From the human T2T-CHM13v2.0 reference genome, Homo sapiens: DNA of 64,000 nt. The stretch lies in the NCBI RefSeq assembly GCF_009914755.1, contig NC_060926.1. One strand, written 5' to 3'. The position numbers and the translations under genes were made by a program. Below the pieces are notes generated by a model, which saw only the letters and a list, made by a program, of their open reading frames with translations, was not told the origin of the DNA and did no database searches. Shown here piece by piece: positions 1 to 22,070 of the stretch (position 1 is its first letter; each line of letters opens with the position of its first letter).

Positions 1-800
<800 letters not shown>

Positions 801-845
801 GCAGAAGCAAAATCAGTGATTACTAAGCATCTAATAAATGCTTAA

Positions 846-1167
<322 letters not shown>

Positions 1168-1351
1168 GCTTGTATCTGTCCTTGCTGCTGGAAATACAAA
1201 GGTAATAAATATAAGACATGAAACTAATGGAAGGATTATATGGAAACTATACTGAAAATCATGAAGGGAAATACAACAAATAGACAATTAGAAAATCATT
1301 TAGAAACAATACTATTTGGTAATAGGCTGCCATGTTAAAAATATTACATAA

Positions 1352-1656
<305 letters not shown>

Positions 1657-2308
1657 AATGTTGACATATCTTATGATGTGACAGCAATGTCCTTCTAAGC
1701 TATATACATGCAGTTGCATAGTGTAAAAACGTCATGTACAGCCTTTGATTTGATTAATCACAGTTAGATTTAGACTGAATCAACCTTAGACAAAAAGCAA
1801 AGCCAGCAATTTAAGAAAACATCTCCACTGCGCTTCCCCTTCTCCCTTTGCAGTATTGACCCATTTCTGTTTTTGAATTTTCAGTATCCCTGAATTCTAT
1901 AATTCACCACCTTACAACAGGAGGCCATTCACATATCAATCATTTACATAAATTTTCATCATCTCCAGAGTTCCCTTCCCTTTGCTTATTTAACTATTTG
2001 CCATTTGTTCTCTTGCCTCCTTAAAAAAGTTAAGAATTTTAAAGTTATAAAGACTACTAATTACGTATTTGTGTAAATTAATCTAGATAAGTTACTCAAA
2101 CACACATTTGCATTTTTAACTTTTCCCGCTCTAATTATAAGATCCTTTTAAACCTTTTGTAATTTTATATCCTTTACTGTTCTAAAATAAGATGTGAGAG
2201 GTTATATACTAAGGTACATAATATACAGGTTAAATGCAAACTAAGGAAACGGAGAAAGAAAAATAAGATGAGGTTAAAAATAAGGGTGGAATTAAAAATG
2301 CATTCAGG

Positions 2309-2601
<293 letters not shown>

Positions 2602-3038
2602 TCAACAAGACCCTGTAACCTTTGTTACTGGGGGGAACCTATAAATACATGGCTTTTAGTTTCCTGTTCATCAGTGCAGAGAAGAAATGGCTGTCATATA
2701 CAGCTTTTATTTGTTTATATCACTTACAGTATTCATAAGGTAAAAATAAATCATTTTCTTGAAAGAAGCACAGTTTTTTTTACTGAGACCTAAGGTAAAT
2801 CATTTTACTGAATTGTCAAAGATACTGCAGCAATAAATTCAATGTGTTTTGTAGGACTACTTCTTTAACATCTTTCAGAGTTCGTCAATGGCATATTGCT
2901 TGGGCATTTTAGCTAAAATAAGAGGTTTTGAGAATGTTGCACATTATTTTAATTCCAGGATGAGTTTGCAATATCCAGAGTAGCAGTATTCCACATGTTT
3001 CAGGTATTCCTCCCTAAAATATTACAATTTAAAAATCA

Positions 3039-3346
<308 letters not shown>

Positions 3347-3354
3347 TCACAATA

Positions 3355-3520
3355 AATTTTTTTGAGATAAAACTCACCATTTTAATCTCTGGAAAGTGCA
3401 CAATTCAGTGGTTTCAGTACATTCACAATGTTGTGGAACCATAACCACTATCTAATTCCGGAACATTTTATCATTCCCAAAAGAAACAACATATCAATTA
3501 AGCAGTCACTCTCCATTCCT
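3355..3520 (-). mobile_element. Old L1M (L1MB/ME-type) 3' end fragment
   Basis: gtgcacaattcagtggttt...ttcacaatgttgt...accactatctaattcc...aagcagtcactctccattcc, typical reverse L1M 3' end. Confidence 0.75.
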
Positions 3521-3584
3521 TGGTCTGTCTCTGGTGAATTCTCTTCCTCCTCACCCATCAGATGTATTGCCTAGCTAATGAACA

Positions 3585-4020
3585 GCTGATGTCCATAGAA
3601 AATCATATTGTTAACATTCAACAAAAACTTGAAATTGTCAAATAATCAGAAAAAGGTAGATATTAAAGCAGCATGCAGCCTTTCAACAAAAACTATGAAA
3701 ATCAATAGATTATAGCTTGAAAAAGAAAAAGCATGTAATTTTTTCATCATGACTGGATTAAGGCATGCAACAAAAAAATTATCAGATGAATCAACTGCTG
3801 AAAATGATTAAATTTGTACTTATATGTAATTTAACTATAAATTATTTAAATGAGTTCTTAAGTTCTCATTCATGAGAAAGGAGTTCATGCAGACTGAAAA
3901 GTTAAAAAAAAAAAGCTCTTTTATTTTGGAACTTTAAAAGTAATACTAGTTTTATTCTCTTTCAACAGTGTTAGCTAAGATGGTTGCCTGGATTGACAGT
4001 GCCTGAATTACTCTGGACTG
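3585..4020 (+). mobile_element. Possible Tigger/pogo DNA transposon fossil
   Basis: 3589-3660 translates MSIENHIVNIQQKLEIVK*SEKGR, resembling the N-terminus of Tigger/JRK-type transposases. Confidence 0.4.
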
Positions 4021-5024
4021 AACGGGCAATATGTTTCTTTAAAGTTATGGGAATAGAAGATACTGATACATGCTCAAACTAATTAATCAGATTCAATTAG
4101 TAGCTAAAGTGAAAATAACACTTCTGAGTTTCCTAATTGTGATTCTTAAGAGCTGAATTTTCAACAATAATACTGGGAGAAGAGGACAAGGTCATGAAAA
4201 GTTGTCAAACTTATATCACCTGAATATCTAAATTTGATTAGGCATAAATTGTAATTCACTACTATCTTAGTACATGAGTTTTATTATACTATTTACAAGT
4301 TTTCCCTCATATTAGGGTTTTCGTGACACTAGATTACTTGAAATGATCTTTTTTTTCTACTTATTGATGCACTGGCAGCATTTACTAAATAACAGTTAAT
4401 AGATGTGATCCATTCCATAACAAATTATGCCTTGACTTACAATTTCAACATATATCTCTATTATAAATGAAACATAAGCATTACATATTTACACTACTCA
4501 GCGATGTTCTCAAAACAACCAAAAAAGATTTAAATGAAAAATAGATTATTGTTCTCAAACTGCTAGTGAATGAAACAAGCATAAAAGATAGAATTAATAA
4601 AAGAGAATGGCTACCCACAGTCTCTGAAAAAATTATGACATGAGCTATTCAAGATGAAACAATGATTGTTTGGGGAGCAATTCAAAGAATATCAACTTTT
4701 GCAACACGTGCAGATTCTGTTCTTCCTTTCCTTATATCTAGGCAAGACAGGCAAAAAATTTTTAATAAAAATAAGAAACAAATTTAATGCTAAACTTCTG
4801 TAATTACCCAACTCCCCAGCAAGTTTTCTAATATTAAGCAGAAAAAGTATAAAAAGATACAAATATAATATTTGCATTTTTTTGAGAGTTGGTAGATTTA
4901 GGATTTTACAAAGTAACATATAATAAAAGATATTTAAACTTTAAAAATGTACTTTTTAGATTCAAAACTCAAAAATGATTTCACTTTTCTAACATTTTTC
5001 TTGTCATAGTGTTTCAAAAATGTA

Positions 5025-5182
5025 GCCAGATGCGGTAGCACACACCTGTAATCCCAGCACCTTAGGAGGCTGAGGTGATAGGAATGCTTGAGCCCAGGAG
5101 TTTGAGACAGCAGTGAGCTATGACCACCCCAGTGCACTCCAGCCTGGGTGACAGAGCAAGAGCCTGTCTCATAAAAAAAAAA
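5025..5182 (+). mobile_element. Alu monomer (FRAM/FAM-like)
   Basis: Single right-arm-like unit with A tail. Confidence 0.85.
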
Positions 5183-5458
5183 GTACATAAATGAAAATTA
5201 GGTAATTTTCAGCAGTTAATTCACCTGTGAGATCATTTTTATTGTTGTCTACCTTAATTCAAGTAAGCCAGGTCAATAGATTAAAATACAAAAAAAATCC
5301 ATGATGAAATAAGTCTGTGCACAGTCTCTGATACATAGTACGTTTTCAATATACATGTGTTAAACTAAGTTGTATATATTATCTATGCCTCACCTTCCTC
5401 TGAGGTACAATACCAGTGTAAGGAGAATAAAGATTCTTATCTATGGTTTAAAACTTAA

Positions 5459-5851
<393 letters not shown>

Positions 5852-6088
5852 TCACAATATAGAAGAAGACAGGATATAAAAAATGTAAGTAATACTCAAT
5901 TAGAAAATCTTTCCTATATATCACCCTGAGAAGATAGTGACCTCACCTTGACTGACCCTTTCCTGTCATTTATATCCCAGCACATTTTTCACCCTTTCTC
6001 TGTCTCTGTCTTATTTCCACTTGTCAAGCAAAAAGCAACCTTCTCCAGAAATACTTTTTAACCTCTGACCTCTCCCTTCCAACTCTAG

Positions 6089-6542
<454 letters not shown>

Positions 6543-6567
6543 TAAAAGCCAGGATTATGTCTGATAC

Positions 6568-6665
6568 TGATGGGGTTCAGGAAATGCTCTCCCAAAAAAC
6601 ATGACACTGTGACATACTGAATATTTTAAGCTAAAGAAATCTGAGAAACAGCATGTGTGGGAAGC
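6568..6665 (+). mobile_element. ERV1-type LTR 5' fragment (MER34/MER39-like; family uncertain)
   Basis: tgatggggttcagga...tgaatattttaagctaaagaaatctgagaaa. Confidence 0.5.
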
Positions 6666-6724
6666 TTAGCCATGAATCTAGGATGTGTAGATATATTTTC
6701 TTCCCTATAATATATAGTAGATGC

Positions 6725-7870
6725 TGTGGTGTAGTAATAAATATTTGATCTTTACCCCTAGTTACTGGTACAGAAACCTAAAAACCCTGGAATTTACTGT
6801 CTCTTATGCTAAACAGATGATTTATGGGGTGGGGAGAGCTAGACAGCATCATCATGGGTCTGCTCTGCAGAAAAACCAACCACATGATTAGGGAGTTAGA
6901 GCTTTCAGGCCTACTCCCTGACATCCAGAGAGGGGAAAGGGGCTGAACACTGAGTTCAATTGCTAATGGCCAATTGTCTTAGTCCCTATTCTGCTGCTAT
7001 AACAGAATGGCACAGAATGGGTAGTTTATAAATAATAGCAGTTTATTTTGCTCACAGTTCTGGAGGCTGGGAAGTCCAAGAGCATGGCACTGGCATCTTG
7101 TGACGGCCTCCATGCTCCATCATAACAGGATGGAAGGGCAAGGGAGTGCCCGAGATAAAGAGAGGATATCTGTCAAATCCATCTCTTGATCAGGAGCCTA
7201 CTCCCAAGATAACAAACCCACTTCCCAGGTAAGTGCATTAATCCCTTCATAAGGGTGGAGCCCTTGTGGCCTAATCACATCTTCAAGGCTGCACCTCTTA
7301 ATACTGTTACAATGGCAACATCAAGTTTCAACATGATTTTTGGAAGGGACATTCAAACCACAGCACCAGTTTTCATCAAGCATGCCTATGTAATTAAACC
7401 CCCATAAAAACCACTAAATTACGGGATTTGTAGAGTTTCCAAGTTGGTAAACAGATCCATGTGCTGAGAGGGTAGCACACTCTGACTCCAAGGGGACAGA
7501 GACTCCTATGCTCAGGATCCTATTACACATTGCCTTATATACCTTACCAACTGGATGCTCATTTGTTATCTGTTATAATAAACTGATAAGTATAGCACTT
7601 TCCTGAGCTCAATGAGTCTCTAGCAAATAACTGAAACTGAAGGGGGTTGTGGGAACCTCTGATTAGTTTCAGCCTGTCAGAACTGTGAGTAACTGAGAGA
7701 CCCTACTGGTGGCTGGCATCTGAAGTGGGGACAGTATTATGGGACTGAGACCTTAAACTGTGGGGTCTACAATAACTTTGAACAGTTACTGTCAGAATGG
7801 AATTAAATTGTTGAGACAAAGTTGGTGCTGAATAATTGGAGAATTTGTTTTTGGAAAAGCACACACAATA
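6725..7870. mobile_element. MER21-family solo LTR, split by a MaLR LTR
   Basis: tgtggtgtagtaa...aaaaccctggaattt...gagttcaattgctaatggccaat, resuming with catgcctatgtaat...gcatctgaagtggggacagt. Confidence 0.75.
6975..7365 (-). mobile_element. MaLR solo LTR (MSTD/MLT1A-like)
   Basis: TG...CA termini (tgtcttagtcc...caaaccacagca), cacagttctggaggctgggaagtccaag motif; 5-bp TSD ccaat/ccagt. Confidence 0.85.
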
Positions 7871-9162
7871 CTCAATACATTTATTTTGGATAAATCAATA
7901 AATAAGTGAAAGTGAACAATAAATAGAAGATATATTAAACTACTCATATATTTTATTATTATTATGCATAGGCATGTTTGTAACACTTTTTAGAGCTAGA
8001 TTTTTGCTGTTCTTGCAATTCATTTGTATTGAATTTTTCCATATAGATAGTGCTTGCTTTTATATTTTACAATTATTTTAACATAAGTACATGCTTTTAA
8101 ACTATTATTTTCAAGTTTAAAAACACTTAAGCCAACATCCATTACCAAAACCAAAACAAAAACAAAAATCAGATTCTCCTTTATGAAACACAGAGATTAG
8201 CATGAATGTACCTGCCTCTCTCTTAATATTATTTATCCTAAGCAACATGAGAATGAGGATTGTGTTTAATTGGAATTTTCTTTTCCAGAGATTAACAGGG
8301 TGCTTAGAAGATGAGAAGTGCTCACTACCTGCTGGAAAATAAAAAGAAATATTATGAGGGCAAAATATCAAAAAGAGGACCAGAAAGTGGGAAACGAGAT
8401 AGTTTTCTAGAAAACTGAAAAAGGACTAAAAAATTAGGGGTGGGGTATAACTGAATTGGGCCAAAGATTATAAGTGACCTTGAAGAAAGTAATTTCAGAT
8501 AAAATAGCATGAAAAGTTAAATTTTGGATTATTTTGGCCAGGATTGCCAAAATAATCTTGAAAAGGAAGAATAAAGTTGGAAGGCTCACACTTTCTGATT
8601 TCAATTTACTACAAAGCTATAGTAATCAAAGCAGAGTAGCATGGCTTAATGCTAGACCTTTAGATCAACAGAATAGAATTGAGATTCAAGAAACAAACCC
8701 TTGCTTACATGTACAGTCAAATGATATTTGACAAGGGTGCCAAAACAATTCAATGGGGAAAGAATATCTTTTCAACAAAAGGTGCTGGAACAACTGAATA
8801 TCCACATGTAAAAGAAGGAAACTGGACCCCTACCTCACACCATACACAAAAAGGAACTAAGAATGAATCAATGACCCAAACGTAAGAGGTAAAAACGTAA
8901 AATTCCTGGAAGAAAATAAAGGCGTAAATCTTCTTGACCTTGGATTAGGCAATGTTTACTTAGATATGGCATCAAAAGCACAAGCAATCAAAGGAAAAAT
9001 AGATAACGTGGACTTTTGTCCTTCAAAGGACACTATCAAGAAAGTGAAAAGACAACCTACAGAATGGAAGAAAATATTTGTATATCATATATCTGAAGAC
9101 AGTTGTATCCAAAATATATTTTTAAAAAACTCTTATAACTACTCAATAATTAAAAACAACAC

Positions 9163-9446
9163 AGCCAGGCACAGGTGGCTCACATCCATAATCCTAGCAC
9201 TTTGGGAGGACAAGGTAGGTAGATCGCTTGAGCCCAAGAGTTCAAGACCAGCCTGGGCAACATGGCAAAATCCCTTACCTACAAAAAAATATAAAAATTG
9301 GCTGGGTGTGTTGGCATGTGCCCATAGTCCCAGCTACTCGGGTGGCTGAGGGGGAGGATCCCTAGAGCCTGGGAGGTTGAGCCTACAGTGAGCCATGATG
9401 TGCCACTGCACTCTACCCAGGATGACACAGTGAGACCCAGACCCTG
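9163..9446 (+). mobile_element. AluJ
   Basis: Diverged dimer with gcttgagcccaagagttc J-type motif. Confidence 0.9.
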
Positions 9447-9466
9447 ACAGATGGAGAGACTGACAG

Positions 9467-9477
9467 ACACACACACA

Positions 9478-9517
<40 letters not shown>
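9467..9517. repeat. (CA)n microsatellite at an Alu tail
   Basis: About 25 AC units with one AT interruption. Confidence 0.97.
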
Positions 9518-9518
<1 letters not shown>

Positions 9519-10050
9519 CACAATTTTAAAATGGGCAAAGGGTTTGAATAGATATTTTATCAAAAGAAGATACACAAATGGCCAATAAGCATAAGAAAAG
9601 ATGCTCAATATCATTAGTCATCAGAGAAATGCAAATCAAAACCACAATGAGATGGCACTTCACACTCACTAGAATGGCTAAAAAACAAACAAACAAACAA
9701 AACAAAACAAAAAAAACCTAATAAGTGTTTGTAAGGATGTGGGGAAACTGGAACCCTTACACAATGCCAGTGGGATTGCAAAACATTGCAGCCACTTTAG
9801 AAAACATTTTGGCAGTTTCTCAATAAGTTAAACAGAGTTATGTCACCCAGCAATTCCATTCCTAGTTATATGCACAAGAGAACTACAAACATATGTCCAT
9901 AAAAAAACCTACACGTATGTAGGTTTTGTACATGAATGTTCACAGCAACATTATTCATAATTATTCAAGTGTTCATCAAATAATAAATGGATAAACAAAA
10001 TATGACACACTCATACAATGAAATATTATTTGGTAAGAAAATGAAATGAA

Positions 10051-10355
<305 letters not shown>

Positions 10356-11487
10356 AATGAAGTTGTAATACATGCTGCAACAAGGATGAACTTGGAAAGC
10401 ATTATGTTACATGACAGAAGCCAGTCACAAAAAACCATATATTGTATAATTCCACTTACATGCAATGTCCAGCGTAGGCAAATCCATAGAGAGAGAAAGT
10501 AGGATAGTGGGTAATGGGAGTTGGGGGAACAGGAAATGGAGAATGACTCCACAGGGAGTCCTATGCTTCTATGCTCAGGACCCTTTTGGACCTTCCCTCA
10601 TTCATACCAGGGTTACTCCAGCCTGGGCGACAGAGCAACACTCTGCCTCCCAAAGAAAAAAAACCATGCAGAAAGGGAGAGTAGATAGCCTGAAAGAGGT
10701 TAAAATATACTGGATAAAAAATAGAAGTGAAGTCAATTCAACAGGCATGTATCAAGGGCTTACCATCTTCTAGACACAGAGTTATAAAGAGTTATAATAT
10801 TAGGGATATAAAGGTAAATGGAGGAATTCATTAAGTTGAGAAGGCTTAACAAACCTTTGCCTCCAAAGAAGTCAACACCCAAATGATCCAAATGAAATTA
10901 CAACTGCTTTTAAGGTTGGACCACAGTATTTGCCACTACTTAATTATTGAACCTCTCTAAGATTCCTAACCTGTAAAGTGAGGAATGGAGACCCTAGATC
11001 ACTCACTTCTAAAATTTGAAGAGTCAAAACAATGTTGGTAGACTAGAAATTGGAATAATAGGTCAAAATCCACAAAAAGCATGATTATATGTACTCCATT
11101 AACATGATTATAAAACTCTTGAAGTGATACTAGTATGTACTCAAGAATATCATTTTCAAAAGAAAAAAATTTTAACATGATTGAATATGAAATCTCCAAA
11201 AATACATTCTTAGAAAATCTAAGAATCTATATGTTTTCCTTCATTCATTTTAGACTACATGAAGTTTGGAGGACAGAAAGCTCAATTCTACAAACAGCAG
11301 CCTAAAATGCTAGGACCAAAATTCACATACATTAGTAAAATATCTTTCCTTTAAGATTTAGAAACTTAAAGAATTTCTGAGAAACAAACAGCTTCACAAC
11401 ATTACTAAGAATATAAATTAGCTCCACAATGTTATTTAAAAGGTCAACTAAACCTAGCTGCTCTTACTAAGAATCAGTAAGGGAAAT

Positions 11488-11648
11488 CTGAATTTGATTC
11501 CTAGATTTACTATACACTAGCTATGTAATCTTGGGCAAGTTACTGAGTCACATCTCAGTTTCCTCAACTGTAAGTAGAACAAATATACCCACCTAAAAGA
11601 ATTCTTGTGAGGATTACACAAATAAATATATGGAAAGCTCTAACAGCA
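11488..11648. mobile_element. MIR
   Basis: Core ctagctatgtaatcttgggcaagttact...ctcagtttcctcaactgtaa...tgtgaggatta. Confidence 0.8.
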
Positions 11649-11978
11649 TAACATCGATGTGGTCAAAAGATGTTGACAGATAATTTACAGAAAAAAATAA
11701 AAGAGATCAGTCTGGTCAACAAAGTGAGACCCCGTCTTTACAAAAAATAAAAACGAACAAATAAATAAGAAAGAAATAAAGGTGACCGATACATGAAAAT
11801 AAACTAAATCTTGCAGAGAAATGCAAATTTGAACAAATTTGAGTTATCATCATGCACCAATCAGATTATCAAAGGTTAAAAAAAAAAAAAAAAAGAACCC
11901 AGAATTGGTAGTTTTAGAGTGAGTGTAAATTGATACCACCACTCTGAAAGGCAGTTCAGTAACAAGTATAAAAGTTTT

Positions 11979-12580
<602 letters not shown>

Positions 12581-13850
12581 CAAATTTACTTAAAAAATAA
12601 CATGTTCCAAAACATATTATTGATTAAAAAGGAAAATTACAAACCAGTAGAGTATGACCTTATTTTTATAAATGTGTGTGTATATTTACAGGGAAGAGCA
12701 TTTACCACGTTAAAGAGGTTAGCTCCAAATAGTAGAATTTTAAGTGACTTAACTGTCTTTAAAAAATTATTTCTGCATTAGTTACACTTTCTGTAAGTAT
12801 GCATTACCTTTATAATCAGAAAAAAACTATTTTGATTTCTTTAAATAAATTTGAAAAACAAAGAACTAAAAGAGGATACCAGTTCTTGGTCCAATGATTG
12901 TTTTCACTACACAAAATGATCTGCTTGATCCAAGCAAATGTTCAGTTAGGGAGGAAAAATACTTTAAATGTGCCCTAAGATTAGAGAAACCTGACAGCCT
13001 AGGGAAAGATGAAAAATAATAACAATTATGTGACAAGACTCAAGAATATCTCTATCTTAAAACGTATCTGCTTCAGTTTAGATTGACCAAAGTCCTTTTA
13101 TACACCACAAGAAATAAAAGTAGGTACCTTAATGGGAAGGAGAAAGGCTAAAGAAATAGCTAAGAAACTTACTAAACACACTGAAACTTATAATACTGCT
13201 TTTCAAGCTATTCTTAAAGTAATTAAAAGAATTATTCAACATGAGAAAAGAACTAGTTCATTTATGTTAGAGGACTTAAGTAATTTAAAGAAAGCTACAT
13301 CAAATTGTCTGAAACCTCACTTGTTTTCACTTGTCATTAATTACCTACCAAGATATCACCTGCTGACAAAAAGAAAAACCTAAAGACATAGAAACTTTAA
13401 CTTTCCCTAGTATGAACACATGAAAACTGTTCTTTTCCCTTATAAAAACTCTAGTGCTTAGCTTTCTTATTTGAATTCAGGAAAGAGTACTAAATGAAGA
13501 CAAAAATTCAAAGCAAAAGGAACAACACTGAACAACAGAGTCAAGAAACAGACTGTGGTTTCAATTTTCTACTAACTCTTAATTTTATAAGTAAAACAAG
13601 AAGATTGACAAGAGCTTCAAATACTTTTAATGGAGGATCAGTGATACAATACACTCTTTGAAAAATTCACAGTTCATAAAAAAAAGAAAAGTTCTATGGT
13701 AAAATAAGTTCAGAAAATTGTGCACACCCTTTGCCCTTTTTGGAGATCCATAATGCAGAACAGAAAATACTTCTGTATAACCCAATGTTTCCCAAAATGA
13801 GAGACAAACAAAATGTCCCTCAACAAAGGAATGATTTAAAAATGCTTACA

Positions 13851-17419
<3,569 letters not shown>

Positions 17420-17768
17420 AAAAATGCTTACACATCACTGTATAATCCTTTTAAAGAAAACGTATTTATATATATTCACATGGCAGACTTCTGTTGCATA
17501 GGTAGAATATATAATCAAACTGCAGAATGCATATTTAATTAGATTTTAAAAAATAAGTATATATATTCATGTGCATATTAAAAAGGTCTGAAAGAATGTA
17601 CAGCAAACCATTTTAAAGTAGTTCTGGAAACTGCAATCAGCAGGGCCAAAGGGAATATATTTACTTTATGAATGGACAGATTTGAGTTTCTCCGGTAAGA
17701 ATATATCGCTTTGTAATACAAATAAGTAGCCACCAGAAAACATAAATGCACTGGGTAAGTTCACATAC

Positions 17769-18102
<334 letters not shown>

Positions 18103-18365
18103 TAACACATTTCTTCTAATACAATGTATCTCCAGGTTACTGAATTAAAGACTTCCTAAGATATTCACTGAAGCGTTACCTATAAAAATATACACTGGGA
18201 ACACTTAAATGCTTATAATAATCAATAGTTAAGTAAATGACTAAATATCAACCCAAGAGAATTTTTCAATTTGCCTATTTTGTTTATGAATTGCCTACAG
18301 TTTTATAAGGATTTTGAAAGCTAACTCAACAAAAAATAATGTGTATAATTATATAGAATACATAG

Positions 18366-18764
<399 letters not shown>

Positions 18765-19476
18765 TATGAAATATATTCTTTCATAAATTGAGCAAACATC
18801 ACGCAAGTCATGTATGTTTACCGCTTATGAAACAGACTGCAGGAGTCACAGCACTTGCCAATCAAGAAGCTTACAGTCAAGTGGAACAAACATAAGTAAA
18901 TCAATTATTATAGTACAATGGCATTCATTCATTCCATAAAAACGTATGTAGTGCCTACTGTGTACCAGATATTGTCTAGATGCTACTCATTTGTGAACAA
19001 AAAGAAAAAAAAATTCTTGCCTTCTTCATGGGGAGAGACAGATAACAAAAATATAAATAAAAAAACATTTATAGCATATTTGAAGGCCATAAGTATATGG
19101 GGTGGAAATAAAGCAGAAAAAGAGAGAGTACAGGGCAGACGGTTTATTTTTGTTAGTGTTAAGGTAAAGAGTCATGTGGAAGTGTACATCTGAGCAATGG
19201 TTTGAAGGATGTTAAGAACAAGCCATAAGGTTATTTGAAGGAATAGCAAATACAAATAGCTTGAGGGAAGAATGTGTCTGATAAGTATACAAGAAACAAC
19301 AAGAAGGTTAGTGTAGCTGGCCCAGAGTGAAGAAGAAGTGTATTAAGAAATAGGGGAGAGGTAAAATGCTGCGAGGAAGATCATGTATTGTAGGGTCTTG
19401 TAAAGACTCTTGCACTGTAAGATCATTGTAAAGTCATGGTGGGGTGTGAACACAGGAGGGATGTAATCTGATTTAG

Positions 19477-19770
<294 letters not shown>

Positions 19771-20047
19771 TGATTTAGGTTTTAAGAGGATCACTTTGGT
19801 TGCTATGTTGATAATAGACTCTTGGGAGTAGGAGCAGAAGCCCTAGAAGGCTACTACAAATATCCAAGAAATGATTGTAACCTGGGCCATAGAACAGTGA
19901 AGGTGATGAAAAGTGGTGAGAATTCAAATATACTTTCAAAGTAGAGTCAACACAATTTGTTGACGCCTTATAAGTGGGATATGAGAGGAGTTAAGATACA
20001 GAAAAGAAGAGTCAAGAATGTAGACAAGAAAGGAGTCAAGGATGACA

Positions 20048-20459
20048 GGACATGGTTTAGATCTGTGTCCTCACCAAATCTCATGCTGAAATGTAATCTC
20101 CAGTATTAAAAGTGGAGCCTGGTGGGAGGTGATTGGATCATAGGGGTGGACTTCTCATGAATGGCTTAGAACCATACCCTTGGTATTGTTGTTGCAATAG
20201 TGAGTTCTTGGGAGATCTAGTCATTTAAAAGTGTATAGCACCTGGCCCTCTCTCGCTTGCTCCTGCTTTTCACTATGTGATGTGCCTTCTCCCCCTTTGC
20301 CTGCTGTCATGATTGGGAGCTTCCTGAAACCTCCCCAGAAGCAGATGCCACTATACTTCCTGTACAGCCTGCAGAACCATAAGCCACTTAAACCTCTTTT
20401 CTTATAAATTACCCAGTCTCAAGTATTTCTTTAAAACAGTGCAAGAGCAGACTAATAAA
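20048..20459 (+). mobile_element. MSTA-like MaLR solo LTR
   Basis: atggtttagatctgtgtcc...ggtgggaggtgattggatcat...aaattacccagtctc...gactaata. Confidence 0.9.
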
Positions 20460-21963
20460 ATAGCGTTTTCTTGGTATGTGCAGTAAGAATGAGTTGTCAC
20501 TAAGATGGGGAAGACTGTTACAGGGATAGACTTGGAGTGGTAAAGTCAAACTTTTGACACTGAACATGTTAAATTTAAGATGCCTCGTCAGTGTGCAGGT
20601 AGAGAAGTCAAGAAGACAAGAAGACAATTGGCTGTAAGAGTAAAGTGGCTTGCTCCACTTCAAAGAATGTGATAGGAAACTTCTATTTTAGGGATATAGT
20701 TGCAAAAAATACAATGATTTACAATTAGGGGATCCATCTTCACAGATTAAATATTGTCTGGCCCTCAACAGACACATAAAAAAATATGGCAAATGAATGT
20801 GAAAACTGTATTAAATGTTTACATTTATATGCATATGTATTTTTTATGATTTCCTGTTTTGACCTTTTTGATTAAATGAATAGCTATCAAATCCAACTGG
20901 ATTGAATAAGAAGTCTGTTGCTGTACATTTTGCAAATAATGGTTAAAAGCCATTTTTAAATATGTTAAGTATTCATACTAGAAATATTCTAAATATAATG
21001 GTTAACAGACTTCTACTTTCTCCTTAATTGTCTATTTCTGATACCCAGAATTATTTAATAAAATCAGTTAGGTATTTCCTATGTGTTAGTTTTATAACTG
21101 TAATATAGTGATGCCTTCATTCAATGACTAGGACTTTGTCCCTATGCTAAATGGCGCCAGCCAGACTGCTTTCAAGTTTTTCAGTTTCCTCTCTTATTAG
21201 AAGGCTTGTCAGCTGTGACCTGCTTGCTGCCTAAATGCTTACTTAAAGCTAATCTTTTCAACTTTATTGGCTTAAATAAATGACTTTTTTCTTTACATGT
21301 CTACTTATGCCAAATTTTTGGCAAAAGTCACCTTTACATTGCTAACTCAGAAACTTTAAGTATGAGTAAGGCAGATTTCATACTCAGAATCTGAATGTAC
21401 AAGTCAGTCATTTTATATGTGCTTAGAAGTAGATTATTGTTTTTACACTAATTATTTTACAACATCAGCTTTAACTTTAAAATTTCACGTTAAACCTAAG
21501 AACCCATTGCTATTTACTATTAATTTATTGATAATCTATACGTTGTGGTAATTATATTACAATTATAATTTTTTATATCTGACACAGCAAAAAAGAATTT
21601 GCGAGGATCTCAAGACTAAAAGTTATTACTTAACCCTTGAAAATGTCTGTTTTATTTTGTGACCCAAACAGTTTTGTTTTGATTTTTTGTAGGGAAAGTG
21701 CTAGGCTATAGATACAAACCTGCTGAACAAAAATAAATAAATCATCTACACAGAATTCAGAATTTTTCTTATAAATTACTACTAACCTTGCTACCAAGCT
21801 ACCTTAAAAGTGTTACCAATTTTCAGTTGAACCAGTTTATCAACTTCAGGCTTCTAAGTTTCCTACTGAAGAAAAAAAAATTTAAGGAAGACCAATAATT
21901 ATTACCTTTGTTCTGTATATACTGATATAAATGAATTATTTATCTTGAACATTAAAAGACTTA

Positions 21964-22070
21964 AATCCTAGCACTTTGGGAGGCTGAGGCAGGAGGACTG
22001 CTTGAGACTAGGAGTTCAAGAACAACCTGAGCAACAAAATGAGATCCTGTCCCTACTTAAAAATAATATA
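21964..22070 (+). mobile_element. FLAM / Alu left monomer
   Basis: Single left-arm unit. Confidence 0.85.
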
